A DNA stretch of 17,067 nucleotides from Candidatus Krumholzibacteriia bacterium (GTDB lineage Bacteria; Krumholzibacteriota; Krumholzibacteriia; LZORAL124-64-63). Made by a program: the position numbers and the translations under genes. The first letter of the stretch is position 1. Each line of letters begins with the position of its first letter. The notes beneath the pieces were generated by a model. That model worked only from the letters and a program-made list of their open reading frames with translations. It ran no database searches and was not told the DNA's origin. Location: assembly GCA_046484865.1 (NCBI GenBank), contig JAWOID010000122.1, positions 1 through 17,067 on the forward strand, read 5' to 3'. Positions 15,401 through 17,067 of the stretch are shown in pieces.

Positions 15401-16630
15401 TCAGGCGCCGGCCTTTCCCTTCTTGCCCGGACGCATCTCCGCGATCGGGTGCTCGCCCTCGAGCTCCTGCCGGTACTCCGCGCCCTGCTTGCGCTCGTGC
15501 TCGTCGATGACGCGGACGCTGGGCGCATGGACCGCACCGACGGCCTCCTGGTACATCCGGTAGCGGTCGTCGTCCGGCATGGCGTCGCGCGGGTAGTACT
15601 CGGTGCCGTGGGCATTCCAGTGCGCCTGCTCCGCCAGGATCTCCCGCACGTAACCCACGTTGGACTGGAACCGGAACGGCTCCGGCATCTGCGCCGGCAG
15701 CACCTCCGCCGGATCCCGCTTCTCCTGCTTCTGGAACAGCTTGGCCGCCAGGTGCAGATGATGGATCTCCATCTCCAGGTTGCGCTCCCAGATCCGGCGG
15801 ATTCGCTCGTCGGGCTCGTCCTGAACCAGGCTCCAGTACAGCCAGCACTCGTTGTACTCGTGCAGCAGCAGCATCTCGAACCAGCCCGCGCGGGCATCGA
15901 GGAGCGACTCGTAATGGGTGACGTGCTGCTCCTCGATCTGTGCGATCTCGGCGTACAACTCGCGCCCGAGCTGGTCGGTGGGCCGGTTGCCGATGTTCAT
16001 GTAGAGATTCATCGTCTGCTGCTCGGCCGCCACGATGGTCAGGATGTGCAGATTGGTCAGCGGATCGCCCTTGGTCCGGTCGGCGAACTCCCGCACCTCG
16101 TCGAAGGGATGACGGTGCTCGAGCGCGGTGGGGCGGCCCGGCATGATCTCGGTGTACTCGCCGGTGATCTCGGCCGCGCGCTTGCCCTCCGTCATGTTCA
16201 TCAGGTTGGCGTAACGGTAGAGGTGATCGAAGTCCTCGAGCAGCGCGAAATCGAGCGCCGCCTTCACCTTGGGGTTGGTCTCGGTGCGCGCCAGATAAGC
16301 GGTGAGGTCCACCGCCACCTGTTCGAAGCCGATGGTCACCTCGAGCCCCGATTCGTCGCCCGGGATCAGCCAGTTGACCGCCTTCTGCTGCTGCTGCTCG
16401 ATGCGCCGGACCGCCGCGAGTTGCCGGCGCAGCTCGAGGTCCGGCGCGTTCCGCGCGAACTGGTGGCCGAACAGCGCCGCCTCCACCTCGATGCCGTTCA
16501 TCAGGATGGCGCGGCAACGGGTGTACGGGTGCACCTCCTTCTTGTCGTAAGGACGGCTCGCAATCTCCTCGTAAGTGAGCAGCTGCTTCTCCAGGGGCAT
16601 GCCCTTTTCCTGCATGGGATCGAATGCCAT
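15401..16630 (-). CDS. Uncharacterised protein with tandem ferritin-like (di-iron carboxylate) domains, 409 aa
   Basis: Repeated E...ExxH helix pairs: NGIEVE / RRIEQQQQ, GFEQVAV / LLEDFDHLYRY, AAEQQTM / IEEQHVTHY, HEYNE / MEIHHLH. ATG 16630 follows a GGAGG-containing purine run. Confidence 0.8.
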   Translation of the reverse strand: MAFDPMQEKGMPLEKQLLTYEEIASRPYDKKEVHPYTRCRAILMNGIEVEAALFGHQFARNAPDLELRRQLAAVRRIEQQQQKAVNWLIPGDESGLEVTIGFEQVAVDLTAYLARTETNPKVKAALDFALLEDFDHLYRYANLMNMTEGKRAAEITGEYTEIMPGRPTALEHRHPFDEVREFADRTKGDPLTNLHILTIVAAEQQTMNLYMNIGNRPTDQLGRELYAEIAQIEEQHVTHYESLLDARAGWFEMLLLHEYNECWLYWSLVQDEPDERIRRIWERNLEMEIHHLHLAAKLFQKQEKRDPAEVLPAQMPEPFRFQSNVGYVREILAEQAHWNAHGTEYYPRDAMPDDDRYRMYQEAVGAVHAPSVRVIDEHERKQGAEYRQELEGEHPIAEMRPGKKGKAGA

Positions 16631-16908
16631 GGTCACTCTCCCTCCGGATGATCCTCGATCGGGGCGGGCGCCGTACGCCCGGCAGCGGTGGCCGGTCCCC
16701 CGACCGGCGTGTTTCCGCAGCATCGGTCCACCCTCGACGCACCGCAAACCGGTCACGTCATGATTCAGCAACCGACTGATATCGTTACCGTTATGGTGAA
16801 AATGCTAACTATTCGCAGATAGGCCGCCCTGCAGCCGCATCCCCGCTCGCCCCTCCCGACAGGCGGCGGCCCGACCGTTATTCCACGCAAATTGTTTCCG
16901 GCTCCTGG

Positions 16909-17067
16909 TCATGGTGCCGAGTTGCCCCTTTTCGCCGTGTACGTCAAGTCGTGGCGCCGGTTCACCTTCAGCGCCCGCGTCCTGAGCTCCCCCCGGTAGT
17001 ACTGAAGCCATCGTGGCGAACGTCTGTGAACTGAAGGTGACGCTACAGTGGAGGCAGCGAAGCCTGC
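16909..17067 (-). pseudogene. Probable internally deleted transposase-like gene remnant (extends beyond the window)
   Basis: The minus frame from 17065 reads RLRCLHCSVTFSSQTFAT (a CxxC zinc-ribbon half-site). A different minus frame reads RWLQYYRGELRTRALKVNRRHDLTY and stops at 16909-16911. From memory both resemble opposite ends of one uncharacterised zinc-ribbon transposase-like family; this was not verified by search. Confidence 0.45.

Noticed and set aside
16728..16750. SigB/SigF-like promoter (GGTTT...GGGTGG, minus strand) for the ferritin-like gene
   Set aside because: The spacer is short (12 nt after GTTT) and the -10 match is poor.
16805..17011. 68-aa minus-strand ORF as a real gene
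   Set aside because: No RBS and atypical codons. It is better explained as out-of-frame run-through past the putative deletion junction.
16921..17058. 6S RNA, SRP RNA or riboswitch identity for the terminal hairpin
   Set aside because: No symmetric central bubble, SRP loop motif or riboswitch consensus was recognised.
1..17067. CRISPR array, tRNA/rRNA, prophage or known defence genes
   Set aside because: No regularly spaced repeats, cloverleaf or rRNA signatures, or phage/defence motifs were seen.

Overview
A very GC-rich (roughly 70% by eye) bacterial chromosomal window with 13 supportable genes. The host is probably a diderm, given a beta-barrel-like protein, a lipoprotein and a periplasmic c-type cytochrome; the lineage cannot be fixed from sequence alone. 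In order: a CBM9-like/DUF5916 putative outer-membrane protein (+); a translationally coupled minus-strand trio (tetraheme c554-type cytochrome, Cys-rich TPR lipoprotein, YrbG-type Ca2+/Na+ antiporter); an S11 D-Ala-D-Ala carboxypeptidase; a class I SAM methyltransferase divergent from a universal stress protein; a co-directional minus-strand run (hemerythrin/HHE protein, 3xPAS HisKA_3 hybrid kinase with a fused NarL-type receiver, ~600-aa secreted unknown, 136-aa unknown); a UPF0316/DUF2179-type membrane protein; and a tandem ferritin-like protein. The right end has a lower-GC stretch with what looks like an internally deleted transposase-like remnant inside a long imperfect hairpin. Many ORF-track starts are over-extended and were corrected using RBS motifs and ATGA overlaps. 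No rRNA, tRNA or CRISPR array was seen. All family calls come from motif recognition, not database searches. Best leads: the cytochrome-TPR-antiporter operon, the hemerythrin/hybrid-kinase/ferritin-like neighbourhood, and the terminal mobile-element remnant.
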